Numbered from the whole stretch's first letter, positions 12,912-25,680 are shown. The stretch: 63,962 nucleotides of DNA, filler included, from Octopus bimaculoides (GCF_001194135.2; 6 parts of 6 records of this genome joined end to end with filler, not necessarily neighbours in it), one strand, 5' to 3'. Numbers and translations are program-made. Notes: generated by a model not told the origin, from the letters alone.

Positions 12912-13178
12912 AAATCTGAGACTCCCATCGGTCATGACTGACCATGGGATTGCACCTACAGAGTTACCCTCCCAGGCACAATCGGGGCAAGTTTGTTTAT
13001 GGAAGACCAGCAGTCGCCCATGCATACTGGCTTCCCCTCTCCACGCCACCGATGTTATCCAAGGGAAAAGCATGGGCCGATACTGCTTAGTATCTGTGGC
13101 ATCGCAGCGTGAAATAAAGTGTCCTGCTCAAGAAGACAACAGGCAGCCCTGTCCGGGATTCGAACTCGCAACCTCACG
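12912..13178 (-). mobile_element. SINE family F, head truncated by gap
   Basis: Reverse complement has the GAGTTCGAATCCC B box and a body matching 3520-3799. Confidence 0.8.
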
Positions 13179-13278
13179 NNNNNNNNNNNNNNNNNNNNNN
13201 NNNNNNNNNNNNNNNNNNNNNNTTAATTAATTAANNNNNNNNNNNNNNNNNNNNNNNNNNNNNNNNNNNNNNNNNNNN
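13179..13278. other. Artificial scaffold-join linker N44-TTAATTAATTAA-N44
   Basis: Palindromic 12-mer with stop codons in all six frames, centred in exactly 100 bp. Repeated five times in the window. Confidence 0.95.
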
Positions 13279-13919
13279 GTGTAAATCTCTATATATTTAC
13301 ATATATATATATACATATATATATATATATTTTTACATATATCCTTATATATGTATATGTACGAATGCATATATATGTGTACATGTGTATTATGAAAGTA
13401 GATATATACATAAATGTGTGTATGTATGTATATATGTATGCGTGTACGCATATATATATGTTTTCCGCTAATAAACATGTATATGCATTGCGTGCGCGCG
13501 AGTATTAGTGAAATTGCGTGAGTGTTGGAGCGTGAGTCGGTATAAATCTGTCTTGTATAAGACCATGTCTGTGTGAGTGTAAGTGTGTGTGTGTGTATGT
13601 GTGTGTTTGTTTGTGTGCTTATTTGTCCGCATAATTGTATTCATCCATAGTTATGTTAGGATGAATGCGCATTGAACATGTGGCATTGTTAACATCAGAT
13701 AGTCATGCAAGTCGATACGAAAATCATGGCCACTATCATACTAATAAGGTGTCGATTTGTTGCCATTTTACGTTTCAATCTTCTGTCTCCAGTTCCTACA
13801 TTATATTTACAATCCTCACAAATGCCCTTACATACGCTGACTATCATACATTCAGTATATACACTTACGCTCGCGTATTGAAATATAAATAAATATAAAT
13901 ATCCGTTTCTACTCTAGAC

Positions 13920-14104
13920 ATTTTGCGGGAGAGGCGGCAGTCGATTAGATCGACCCCAGTACACAAGTGGTGCTTGATTTATCGACCCTGAAAGGATGAA
14001 AGGCAAAGCCGACCTCGGCGTAATTTGAACTCAGAACGTAAAGACAGACGAAATACCGCCAAGCGTTTCGCCCAGCGTGATAACGATTCTGCCAACTCGC
14101 CACC
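13920..14104 (-). mobile_element. tRNA-derived SINE, family A
   Basis: Reverse complement GGTGGCGAGTTGGCAGAATCGTTATCACGCTGGGCGAAACG...GAGTTCAAATTACGCCGAGGTCGGC. Confidence 0.9.
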
Positions 14105-14194
14105 ATATGCATATATTTATTTCTATTGGTAAATGTGCCTGAAGGGCCGACCGTTTCCTGCACGAATCCCTTGGACCATGCGCCACTCTGTAAC

Positions 14195-14350
14195 GATTAT
14201 CGATTAAGAAGCGTGTTTCTTAACTACATGGCTCCAGGTTCTGTCCCATTGCATGACACCTTCGGCAAGTGTCTTCAGCTATAAACCTCGAGCTGAATAA
14301 ATTCTTGTTTGTGGAGTTTTTAGACAAGAACTTATAGATATTCGTCGTAT
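14195..14350 (+). mobile_element. SINE family B, degenerate 5' half
   Basis: ACATGGCTCCAGGTTCTGTCCCATTGCATGACACCTTCGGCAAGTGTCTTC matches the B consensus head and core. Confidence 0.7.
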
Positions 14351-14410
14351 ATTTATATACGTCACCGCCTTGAAGAATTTTCAGTCGAATGAATCGACTC
14401 CACGGCTAGT

Positions 14411-14457
<47 letters not shown>

Positions 14458-14482
14458 CATATATATCTTCTTTTTCCTTTCA

Positions 14483-14686
14483 TTCTTTTATTTGTTTCAG
14501 TCATTTGACTGCAGCCATGCTGGACCACCAACTTTGGTTGAGTAAATCGACCCCGATTCTAATACTTATTCTATCGGTCTCATTTGCCGAACCGCTAAGG
14601 CTACGGGGACATGAACACACCAGCATCGATTGTCAAGCGATATTGTGGGAACAAACACAGACACTCAAATACACACACATATATAC

Positions 14687-14717
<31 letters not shown>

Positions 14718-14890
14718 GATAGATAGATATAGATATATATAAATGTATATTATATATATATATATACATGTATATGTATATTTGTATGTATGTAGGATTA
14801 ACTTCTTTCCTGTAGTAGGCACTGCCCAAGCTGTCACGCAGTTGAACTGAACGTGGAATCTTTTGGTTGGGAAGCAAATTTCTTACCACA
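14483..14890 (-). mobile_element. SINE family B with internal TA/CA microsatellite
   Basis: The 3' half (CCAGCATGGCTGCAGTCAAATGACTGAAAC) and head remnant (TGTGGTAAG...CTTGGGCAGT) flank an internal microsatellite, as in the other B copies. Confidence 0.8.
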
Positions 14891-15017
14891 ACGTTCTCGG
14901 GAAGTGGACAACGTTCAACATGTCCTGCTACATTACTGACCTCCACGAGGTTTAATCACGTGACTTGGCCCTAAGCAGTGTGATTATCAACCAGGCCATT
15001 TTATGGTCTATCTACAG

Positions 15018-15119
15018 CAAACGATCAGCGTATCCCAGTTAGTCATCCAATCGATTACCTACGATGCTCCGTATGTACGCTCAAACGGAAATTCCCTAGA
15101 ACTTCATGAAACAACAACG
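15018..15119 (+). CDS. Candidate 102-nt phase 0-0 exon (unknown gene)
   Basis: Acceptor ggtctatctacAG, donor ACG|gtaata. Reads QTISVSQLVIQSITYDAPYVRSNGNSLELHETTT inside an approximately 64-codon stop-free frame in CpG-richer sequence. Confidence 0.3.
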
Positions 15120-15632
15120 GTAATACCAATAGCACCATCATTAGATATTTATTGAACCCTTCTCAATGTAGCCTTTATGCATTTGAACTCTTAAACTAGT
15201 CGGACGTAAACGAAACACTGTTAAGTACTTAGGACATCCTTGTTCATCAATCTGAATACAACCATTCAACCTATAATCTGATTATGCTATATTTTATTAT
15301 ACATTGACAGTGTTAAAGACATTGGCCACATACTTTTGTAATTTGATGGAGATAGATGTGGTTGGTATCTAGCTTTAATTTATGTAGGTTTGTATGTATA
15401 AGAATAGCATAGACGAGGTAGGAATCCTGAAGGGTTAAAATTGTTAATTTGACAATGACTTGATAAAATATTCAGTAAGAGGAAGCGGGAGGTGGTAGGA
15501 GGTAGAGAAGAGATAATGAGAAGAGATATAATTGACAACGGCTAATTAACACAGTCTAAGTAACAGTGGCAAAGGACATTCACATTCACACACACACATA
15601 CACACACGTACATACACACACACACAAAAAAA

Positions 15633-15633
15633 A

Positions 15634-15707
<74 letters not shown>

Positions 15708-15748
15708 CAATAACAACAACACCAACAACAACAATAATGATAATAATA

Positions 15749-15795
<47 letters not shown>

Positions 15796-15830
15796 CATTA
15801 TTATTATCATTATTATTTTCATTGTCATTC
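15633..15830. repeat. Opposed (AAT)n ... (ATT)n microsatellites
   Basis: (AAT)n at about 15634-15705, a short ACA-rich spacer, then (ATT)n at about 15751-15830. Confidence 0.95.
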
Positions 15831-16305
15831 AACAGATTAGACTGTTACAACAAGTAACCTTAGATGCCAAGAATTCTATTAAGTGTCCTAGCTGTCCCTA
15901 ACAACACACCTTCTCTGGAGCTGTGCTAAACGGGGTTTTATGCCTATTTCCTCTAACTATTTCTTCAGATCTTATAAGGATCGTTCCCAATGCACCTATA
16001 ACTACTGGGATACATTTCACCCGCACTTTCCATAGTCTTTGTAATTCAATGGTTAGGTCCTGGTACTATGCTATTTTTTCTATATTTCTCATATTAATAT
16101 TTTCATCATCTAGGACAGTAAAGTCAATTATCTGGCACTTTCTATTCTCTTTATCTACTACTACCAAATCGGGCTTTCCAGCTGCTATTACTCTCTCAGT
16201 CTAAATGTTAAAGTCCCACAACATCTTGTATTTCTCACTTGCTAGTACTTTACTAGGTTTATGTTCATATCATTTATCAGTATGTTCAAATCCTAGCTTT
16301 CTACA
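15830..16305 (-). mobile_element. R4/Dong-clade non-LTR retrotransposon 3' remnant (restriction-like endonuclease domain)
   Basis: Minus strand reads YEHKPSKVLASEKYKMLWDFNI*TERVIAAGKPDLVVVDKENRKCQIIDFTV...EKIA*YQDLTIELQRLWKVRVKCIPVVIGALGTI...LGTARTLNRILGI* (PD..D/E..K motif), followed by (TAA)n. Confidence 0.85.
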
Positions 16306-16350
16306 TGGCTCCCAGTGGATTGCTCTCCCTAGATTGTCATGTCATTTTTT

Positions 16351-16473
<123 letters not shown>

Positions 16474-16519
16474 AAATAGCAGCCCCTGAACTAACTAGCC
16501 TTCTTGTTATAAATCATGG

Positions 16520-16670
16520 TCATCGCGCACAAGCTCACACGCACACGCCAATGGACGATTACATCCACATTCTCGTACCCAACTGCTGCAAATTCTTTCT
16601 ATATATACACCGTACCACCACCGTCCGCCGTGTGTGGTTACCAGTTGTCCGTTGTCGCACGCCAGTAAGC
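16520..16670 (+). promoter_or_regulatory. Candidate promoter and short non-coding first exon
   Basis: CpG-rich patch with GCCAAT (16547), TATATATA (16600), Inr-like CCAGTT (16641) and donor CCA|gtaagc (16665). Confidence 0.25.
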
Positions 16671-17053
16671 TTTATTTGCTGGAAATAAATTCAGAGTTTA
16701 CAGTTATATTTAATTACAAAAGGACTAAGAAGAGAATGAATTCATGTTTTTTACAGTTTAGGTTAAGTGTTTAGAAAATAGAGAGAAATCATAAATGAAA
16801 GACGAGATAGTAAGAAACAAAGAAACAGATATTTAAACTCATTGTTTAGCTCATATTTGTCATCATTACAATCAAAACTCTTAAACGTTAACTTTATCAT
16901 CCACGTATTCCAAATTGCTTTTGTATAGCCATTAGTTAAAGAATCGCAAATGAACCGATTTTATGTAACTTCATCGATATATTCTTAGATATCGTTGATC
17001 TTGTTTTTGAATTCCTGCTGAGAGAGAGATTTCATTTTTTAACTGTATTTCAG

Positions 17054-17141
17054 ATTAAGTTGAAAAGTCTCTTAAAGATGGTAAACAATGATCAAACTGT
17101 TAATGATCAGTCATTGCATACTAATAAGACTTTAACCAGAA
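17054..17141 (+). CDS. Candidate 88-nt exon (unknown gene)
   Basis: Strong acceptor ttttttaactgtatttcAG, donor AGAA|gtgagt. Reads IKLKSLLKMVNNDQTVNDQSLHTNKTLTR with an in-frame ATG at 17078; lies within ORF 17060-17284. Confidence 0.35.
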
Positions 17142-18218
17142 GTGAGTTTCCCAAAAAGGTTCTCTATAAACTAACTTCTGGTAGAATAGAAATAATAGAC
17201 AGAAATACAGACACATATGTTGGTTTAATTCTACTCTCAAAATCGAAATTGCTCTCCATTTCCCAAAATCTTGCTTTTTTTTAATTTTCGAAAGTATTAC
17301 TCTGTCTCACATAGGTACAGTTCTATATTTTAATAATGATAAAAGCTGTTAAACTATCCTATTGAACCACGCCAAACTAAATTCAGAATACAACTACTTC
17401 ATGCAGCGTATGTAAGATAAGCCAAAGAAGAGGTAGCAATACCAGTAATTGTATACACAATCAACCGTGTGTATCGCTTAGATTGCAATTGTCTAGCTAA
17501 GAACATTGTATATAAATACCTTGTAAACAAACTCCACTCCAAGAGACAACGCCGTGAATAACTTTAAAACAAGATTCTGTTCTTATATTTTGTGTTTGTG
17601 AAGTCAATGTATAACCTTTTGTGGTATCCTTGTGTTGATACCAAATAAACAACGTCGTCTACTGAATTTATTCTCTTTTTTTTATCATATGAAATTATGA
17701 ATATATGATATAGGTAAACTAGTCCACGATATCTACTACCATATTACGAATTATTGTTATTTTTCTTTTCTAAAACATTCTCGTTTTATCCTCTCTTATT
17801 CTGCCAATCAAAAGTAGTTGAAACAGATGATTTCTTCCTTTATCTTAAAAATACAGATAACAAATATCCTAACTATCTTAACTGTCATTAGAAATATTGA
17901 TTTTTCTCTAAAATTTCAGAAGTTTCTTCTATGCGGTATATTTTCTATTTTTATTTCCTTAAATGGGTGATATTGCTCTTATGGTTTCGTTTATATTTTT
18001 AAATCTAGCTTATATAAACATGCTGCGTATTTTCCATGTTTATATATTTTCTGAACTTAGATGAAACTAGAAGTATTGAAACAGTTTATGTATACTATCG
18101 TATACATGAAAAAAGAAAAAACGATCGGAGTTATATTGAACTGTTTATGTTTGTCATATTCTTTGAAGGTTGGGTATGATATATATATATATATACACAT
18201 AGATAGATAGATAAATGG

Positions 18219-18255
<37 letters not shown>

Positions 18256-19539
18256 TACATAGTACATAGATATATAGATAGAGATAGAGAGAGAGAGAGA
18301 GGGGGGATAGAGAGAGAGATACATAGTACATACCTGCATACAGGCATACATGCATACGCACATATATACATACTTATAAATATAGATGACGAATGTATAT
18401 CAATCCATCTATCTATAAATGTGTGTGTGTGCTCCTATATATATATATATATATATATATACATGCAAAAACATATGCGTAAAACATCTAATAGATATTT
18501 TTACATATGCTAACATATATGTGCAGATGTATTCACATACTTGTCTATATATACAATGAGTGTGGCTGGGTGCACATGTGTCTATAATATGATGTGAGTG
18601 GGTGTGCATTTCCGACATGCTCTTTGAAATTTCTACTGCCTTCCACAATGTGACAACCCGCCTACTTTTCAACTCAGTTCACAAAAGTTACTCTGCATTC
18701 AAGAAAATATGAAGATGATAAGAATACCGTGTTTAAGTGCAGTGCGTATATGCATAGATTTACGTGGGTTCCGTAGAAATTGCTTTTAAAAATGCATAGT
18801 CATATATGCATTTAAAATATACATAAAATNNNNNNNNNNNNNNNNNNNNNNNNNNNNNNNNNNNNNNNNNNNNNNNNNNNNNNNNNNNNNNNNNNNNNNN
18901 NNNNNNNNNNNNNNNNNNNNNNNNNNNNNNNNNNNNNNNNNNNNNNNNNNNNNNNNNNNNNNNNNNNNNNNNNNNNNNNNNNNNNNNNNNNNNNNNNNNN
19001 NNNNNNNNNNNNNNNNNNNNNNNNNNNNNNNNNNNNNNNNNNNNNNNNNNNNNNNTTATATGTCTTATAGTAATATGATATAGCAAAACAAATCTAAAGA
19101 GAAAGTGTTGTGCATTGAGACATAAACATTGAATGCAATGATATAAATGCAATACAATTTGCGATATTCTGTGTTTCATGCAAGACTGTGCAATTCAAAT
19201 GGAGCTATTTACTGCTGCATTCAAATTTGAAGCGGATAAATAATATAAGCGATTGGAAATCCTGCAGCGTTGCTTTGCTTCTGTAGTTAAAAGACTTATT
19301 TTATCTAACATATATTGTGAAACAAACGTCTGTCTGCTATAAAAATGTTTTCTTTCTGTCTGACTGTCTGTTCGATATAACCAGCAACTCACAGACGATA
19401 TCTGAAATGTGCAAGAGTATAGACTGTGTGTGAATAAGCTTTATTTTATGGGTATTTAAACGCCATTTATCGATACCTTTATACATATTGATACAGACAT
19501 ATATGTATGAATATATATGTATATATGTATATATATATA

Positions 19540-19580
<41 letters not shown>

Positions 19581-19619
19581 GTATATATATGTGTGAACTT
19601 ATGTATATGCATCTTTTTA

Positions 19620-20090
19620 TTCTTGTCTTCGTTTACTTATTTCACTCATTTGACTGCGGCCATGCTGGAGCACGCCGTTCGGTCGAGCAAATCGAGCCCA
19701 GGACTTATTTTATGGGTTTCTTTTACCGAACGGCTAAGTTACGGGGACGTAAACACGCCAGCATCGGTTGTCAAGCGATGCTGGTGGGGTGAAACGGTCA
19801 AACAAAAGGGTTTGACCCGAGCAAAAAAAAGAAAAGATAGTGTAATAGGTGTAAAACAACTTGCTCTAAATGAATATGGAAAAAAAAGATGTGCGCTCAC
19901 GAACGGGGAGTGGGGGAGAGGACTCGGGAAGCTCACATCCTCAGACCATGACCTTGAAACTCTAGTGTTTGACCCGAGCAAAAATAAAATAAAATAGTGT
20001 AATAGGTGTACATGTCCTTTAAACTCCAGTGTTTGCCCAAGGTGCCATGCAGTGAGACTCTACCCGGAGCCGTGTGTTTGGGAAGAATAT
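19620..20090 (-). mobile_element. SINE family B split by an unrelated insert
   Basis: 3' half at 19620-19795 and head/core remnant (TTGCCCAAGGTGCCATGCAGTG) at 20030-20090, separated by a direct-repeat-flanked segment. Confidence 0.75.
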
Positions 20091-20103
20091 TCATTTTCTT
20101 TAG

Positions 20104-20157
20104 GGAAAAAATCGGATCGCGTGAATTGTCCTCTTCTTCTCCCCCCTCTGATCGCCA
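20104..20157 (+). CDS. Candidate 54-nt symmetric exon (unknown gene)
   Basis: Acceptor attcattttctttAG|G and donor CCA|GTAAGT are both near consensus. CpG-rich; phase 1-1 reading KKSDRVNCPLLLPPLIA is compatible with 17054-17141. Confidence 0.4.
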
Positions 20158-20806
20158 GTAAGTGTTTTCAACCTCAGCCTGCTATGTACGAAGATGAAAA
20201 CAAAAATTTGCACACACAATTTTTATGATTCTGTCTTCAACATAATGGTATTAACAAAAACAATTGAGGAGATGCTTGTAAGCCATTCAAGAACACACAC
20301 ACACAAATACACACACACACAAACACACACACACGAATAAACCTATCATCACTGCTACTTTGATAAGGGTAAACCAGTCACATGCATCACAACCATATGT
20401 GCACGACATGGTAATCTCACATCGAAATAAACAGCACATGACCTTGTAGTTGGGCTCCACTTAGAATTTTCTTTAGCTTGAGTAGCCCAATCCACTCCAA
20501 TGGTCCCTAAATAATGTTTTATCTGAGGATGTTGAATGAAGCACCCATGTTTCTAGAGGTGAATTATTCAAATCCCTGAGAATCCCTCTCAACACATGGC
20601 TATGATGCTCCCTCACTACTTCTGCTTGTGATCAGGGATGCACATATCGTCAGCCACTAAGGTGACATACTTAACTGGTTAAGCAACTGGCAAACAAATC
20701 TGTGGTTTTGAACAGATTAGTTTCTGTAGACCATCTTTTATACCAAGATAAAACATGCACATGATAACGATTTCAACCAGTTAAGATCAAAAGCCATGAT
20801 AGCCTC

Positions 20807-20861
<55 letters not shown>

Positions 20862-21183
20862 GTTGTTGTTGTTGTTATTATTATTGTGATTGTTATTAAC
20901 ATTTTAACATTATTACTTATTTTTACCCTTTGATTATTTCCACTAATCACATATTACTCGCGTATCACCCTCAATAATGTCCTCCACAAAATCTCTTTAT
21001 TTCCGGAAACTATTCTCTCTTCTGCTTCGCTACCGTCAACGCTCACTTACTCCACCTACTCCTCTCCCTTCACTTCTACCTTTCTCCCTTGTTTCTCTGC
21101 CTACTCCTTTCCTCTTCTCTAATTACCACGTTCTCCTGTCAAACTTCTCAATGACGTCTTGAATACAGTGTTATATGTGTATG

Positions 21184-21217
<34 letters not shown>

Positions 21218-21477
21218 NNNNNNNNNNNNNNNNNNNNNNNNNNNNNNNNNNNNNNNNNNNNNNNNNNNNNNNNNNNNNNNNNNNNNNNNNNNNNNNNNNN
21301 NNNNNNNNNNNNNNNNNNNNNNNNNNNNNNNNNNNNNNNNNNNNNNNNNNNNNNNNNNNNNNNNNNNNNNNNNNNNNNNNNNNNNNNNNNNNNNNNNNNN
21401 NNNNNNNNNNNNNNNNNNNNNNNNNNNNNNNNNNNNNNNNNNNNNNNNNNNNNNNNNNNNNNNNNNNNNNNNNNNNN

Positions 21478-21680
21478 GTACGAGCTGACAGAATTGGTTG
21501 CGCGTCGGACAAATTACTTAGCTGCATCATTTCTTTCTACTCTACGTTTTAAGTTCAAATTTCGCCGATGGCAAGTTTGCCTTCAACACTTTCTGGGTCG
21601 ATAAAATATGTACCGGTTGAGCAATTGGGTCGATGCCGTTGTCTTAACCCTTGTCTTCAAAATACTGGCCCAGTATCAAA
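21478..21680 (+). mobile_element. SINE family A, degenerate
   Basis: CGAGCTGACAGAATTGGTTG...AAGTTCAAATTTCGCCG...TGGGTCGATAAAATATGTACC. Confidence 0.8.
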
Positions 21681-21700
21681 ACCCATATATGACCAATACT

Positions 21701-22005
21701 TGTGAGTATTTATTGAGCAAAAACACCTAAAGCTGCACCAGGCTCCGGCAAGGTATGGTAGCGAACCCTGCTGTACTCTTTCACCACAATTTTCTCTCAC
21801 TTTTTCTGCCTGTTTCTGTTATACCCGTATTTCAAAGGGCCAGTATTATCACACTCTGTGTAACGGTGAATCTTCCCCGAGAACTACGTTAAGGGTACAC
21901 GTGACTGTGGAGTGCTCAGCCAGTTGCACGCTAATTTGACAAGCAGGTTGTTCCGTTGATCGGATCAACTGGAACCCTCGTCGTCGTAACCGACGGAGTG
22001 CCACG
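21701..22005 (+). mobile_element. SINE family D, 5'-truncated (no tRNA head)
   Basis: Aligns to the reverse complement of 5539-5850. Confidence 0.85.
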
Positions 22006-22286
22006 ACGACCAGGACATTTTTACACGTGATTCCCTGGGCACGCAGAAGACAAGGTGACAGACTCAGATACTGTACACGTGTTTGTGCGCATATTTGCTG
22101 GCGTGCCTGGCTGTGTCCCTTTTTATTGCGCCAGTTTACGTATGTGTCTCTGTGGTTCTCTCTATGTGAGAGTCTCTATGTTCGTTTCTCTTGGTTTTTC
22201 TCTTAATCTGTGTCGTCAATTAAATATAGGAACGAAACTGTTTGATCGAGATGATGCTTCAGTTTTATGGGATTCGCTGGGCCGTG

Positions 22287-22386
22287 NNNNNNNNNNNNNN
22301 NNNNNNNNNNNNNNNNNNNNNNNNNNNNNNTTAATTAATTAANNNNNNNNNNNNNNNNNNNNNNNNNNNNNNNNNNNNNNNNNNNN
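22287..22386. other. Artificial scaffold-join linker
   Basis: N44-TTAATTAATTAA-N44. Confidence 0.95.
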
Positions 22387-22387
22387 A

Positions 22388-22918
22388 AATAGACCTGTCG
22401 CCTAGCTTCCCTTCTGGCAGTTTGATAGAATTCCCTGCTACCACCGTTCTTCCAGTCCTTCCAAGCCTGTTTCTTTTGTCTAATAGCCCTGTCTACCTCC
22501 TTGTTCCACCACCACGTTATTTTGGGTTGAGAAGGGACCTTGCACCAACCACAGATCTCGTCGGTGGCCCTCAGCAGGTTGTCCCGTAGAAACGTCCAGT
22601 TGTCCTCTACATTGTGTGAAGCTACATCCCCCTCTGTTTCGTCGAAGGCTTCGAGTAATAAGTCTCTAAATCTCTGTCCATTCGCAGGATCTTTGAGCTT
22701 CCATACCCTTCTCCTCTAAGCTGGTCGCATTCTGGGCAGCCACTTAGCTCTGATCCTGAAGTCACTAACTACTAGTCTACGTTGTGGTGTACATTCTTCG
22801 CCTTGGAATGTTTTGGCATTTCTAAGCAGCCATCTTTCTCTTTTCCTGGCGAGGATGTAATCAATTTGGCTTGTGTGCCTGCCAGAACGGTAGGTGACTA
22901 GGTGACTGGCAGGTTTCC
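22388..22918 (-). mobile_element. RTE-clade LINE fragment (end of APE endonuclease and linker)
   Basis: Reads [52 protein letters not shown]...RPA*RRRVWKLKD...TWWWNKEVDRAIRQKKQAWKDW. One in-frame stop. Confidence 0.9.
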
Positions 22919-22945
22919 TATATACATGCATATATATATGTATAT

Positions 22946-22990
<45 letters not shown>

Positions 22991-24307
22991 AAAACTCATA
23001 TAAATATATATACATATACATATATACACATACATAAATATATATACACACACACGCATGTATATTTACATACATTGAAGATTATGTTAAAGCAATTAAA
23101 CTACTTGTAAATAGTTCATTGCCATTGAAACTTTAAAGCTGTGTAAATAGATCTTGCTAATCTCTTCATGCACAAAAAAATAAAGGAGATTGCCTTGGTA
23201 TGTTTCATGTGTATTGATGACTCATCAGAAAACAAGTACTCCCTTTTATACTTCTAACCAGCAATTATTTAATGATGCTCGTGTCAGACACACAGTATGC
23301 GAAATACTCTACATTCTGAGAATTTATGACTAGAGTTCCACAGTGAAGACTTTAAAAATTCTGTAGTTTCATTACATAAAATTTATCATAGCTTTCAAAT
23401 ATACTCTGGGCTGTGCAAGAGTATTTAATTTTCTGTGTATCTGTCTAATTTATTTACCTATCTCTTTATCTCTCTCTCTCTCACACTCTGTCTCACTCTC
23501 CTTCCCTCTACACACACACACACACACACCTATATGTGTGTGTGTGTGTGTGTGGGAGAATGAGAGCTTTAGGAGTGTTTATGTTTACAAATGAAGACCA
23601 ATTACTAAAGACATGTATGATTACTCATTGAGATTAGATTGGCTCCCCAAAAACATTAGAAAATCTCTCAAATATTTGTTAGCCTATTGTCATGTGCTGA
23701 ATATATTTTATATATTCAACTATTCACATGGTAAAAAATTTGTAGATTTAATAAATAAGCATTTCTGCATAAACCATAGATATTTTAAGATATTTAATAG
23801 AAATAGCATTAAGGTGAGCTACAGTTGCATTAAAACCTTTAGTGCTTCCACATCCACCATAAGCAGAAGACAAAATCCCTCCAACATTATCTAATTACAT
23901 AAATTCTAATATCTGCTGTCTCAATGGCATTGTCTTTCTATCAAACTGAAACTTATTTTGCAAATAGTTAACAAAAAGTTTTATCAGTCTTATTGGAAAT
24001 CCATTTACAATAAATTCTCTTAACATATGTATGTACATTCAGAAAGACATCCCACTATTTTAATGTCTAGAATTCAAGACATAATAAAATTATTAAATTG
24101 ACTGGTCCATTATAAAACACATATTCTACTACAGTAATGGTTCCAGAAGGTGTTATCTTTGCTACGCCGAGAAATATACCATCTTATGACAGCCTTTAGA
24201 ATAGCTGAATACTTACAAACATTTACAGTAGAAATTAGAAACTACCATTGGACTCAAACATATTTGACTTGCTATACTTTCAAAGATTATCACAAATTTA
24301 TGTATGC

Positions 24308-24363
<56 letters not shown>

Positions 24364-24964
24364 GTGTTGTGTTTGTGTCTATATATTTTTGTTGATACAA
24401 ACAAACTGTGACAGTACTCAATACATAGAATTAAGTATAGTAACACAAGCCAAAGAAATGGTTTTACAGCAGTCTCCCTAATGAAATTTATCACAGTCAA
24501 GTCCATCTTCTTTCCGTTCTATCACCTTCAGCTCTACTTCTTCAACCTCTTTCTTTCACTCTTGTTTCCTCCTACTTCTTCACTCATTTCTTCTCTCTTT
24601 TTGTTTTTTCTTTCTTCCTTTATCATCCCTTGTTCTATTTCATACTTTTTCTTTTTAATTTTCACTTTCACTTTTTTTCTTTCTTCCATCTTTCTGTTCA
24701 CCATCTCTTTTTACTAAACACCCCTCACCTCCTATACTTCCTTACCTTTCCTCACACACACACACTGCTCTCAATTACCACCACTTTAAACTCTCAGTCC
24801 ACTAATTAACTGTCACATGCAATTAGTTATTATTAATTTTGATATTAGAAATTATACTTGCCCTGCCTTGATTGAATATTTAAGAATATTGTTGCTTAAA
24901 AGTGAAATATTTTTTAGAGCAGCAACATGAATCTTGAAATTAGCAGCTGTGGAAAACTATTGCT

Positions 24965-25044
<80 letters not shown>

Positions 25045-25047
<3 letters not shown>

Positions 25048-25301
25048 ATAGGTAAGCTCCAAAGCCCAAGGTGTCCAAACCAACATAGTCTCCTTTCTTG
25101 CATGATGCATTTGATTCCTCTAACTTTTCTTTCAACACATTTGCACTTTGTCATTGATGCACACTGATGCTGCACATCAAGTGGAGCATATTGCCTCCAT
25201 TCCTCTCTAGTCTATGCATGTACTCTGCATTCAGATCCCATGTCACACTACCATGGAGTATAGCTTTTCGTACACAAGCGTCATACAGTCTACTTTTCAC
25301 T

Positions 25302-25344
<43 letters not shown>

Positions 25345-25680
25345 CTTTCGTTGCCAACAGAGGTTGTAACTTCTTCCTTCCTATTTATATTCTAGAAACA
25401 GCATTTTCAGAGCATTCATCCTCATTGCTAATTTGGTCACCTAGGTAGCAGAAACTATCTATTACCTCAAGAGAGTCTCCTGAACATTTGAGAGAGTCTA
25501 AGTCTAATGTGTTCTTATTGCTTACTGTTCCTGCACATCTGCCATGCACAAAGGTGACCTTATCCGTTAATCTACCTATGATTCCACTGCATCTCTTATG
25601 TGTCTGTAGCTTACATTTGGTGCAGTGAATAGAATTATCTGTGGGGCAATAAAAATCAGCAAAAATTTCTTGAGGTCTAA
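25045..25680 (-). mobile_element. RTE-clade LINE C-terminal fragment
   Basis: Reads NSIHCTKCKLQTHKRCSGIIGRL...IDSFCYLGDQIS...ATKGLS..LRVKSRLYDACVRKAILHGSVTW...MQERRLCWFGHL. Confidence 0.9.

Noticed and set aside
13665-13750. MRIEHVAL start resembling bacterial glyoxalase/VOC proteins
   Set aside because: Similarity is limited to 8 residues and the rest of the ORF has no VOC features.
20350-20800. GC-richer block that looks like an interspersed repeat
   Set aside because: No second copy in the window and no diagnostic motifs, so it cannot be classified from the sequence alone.
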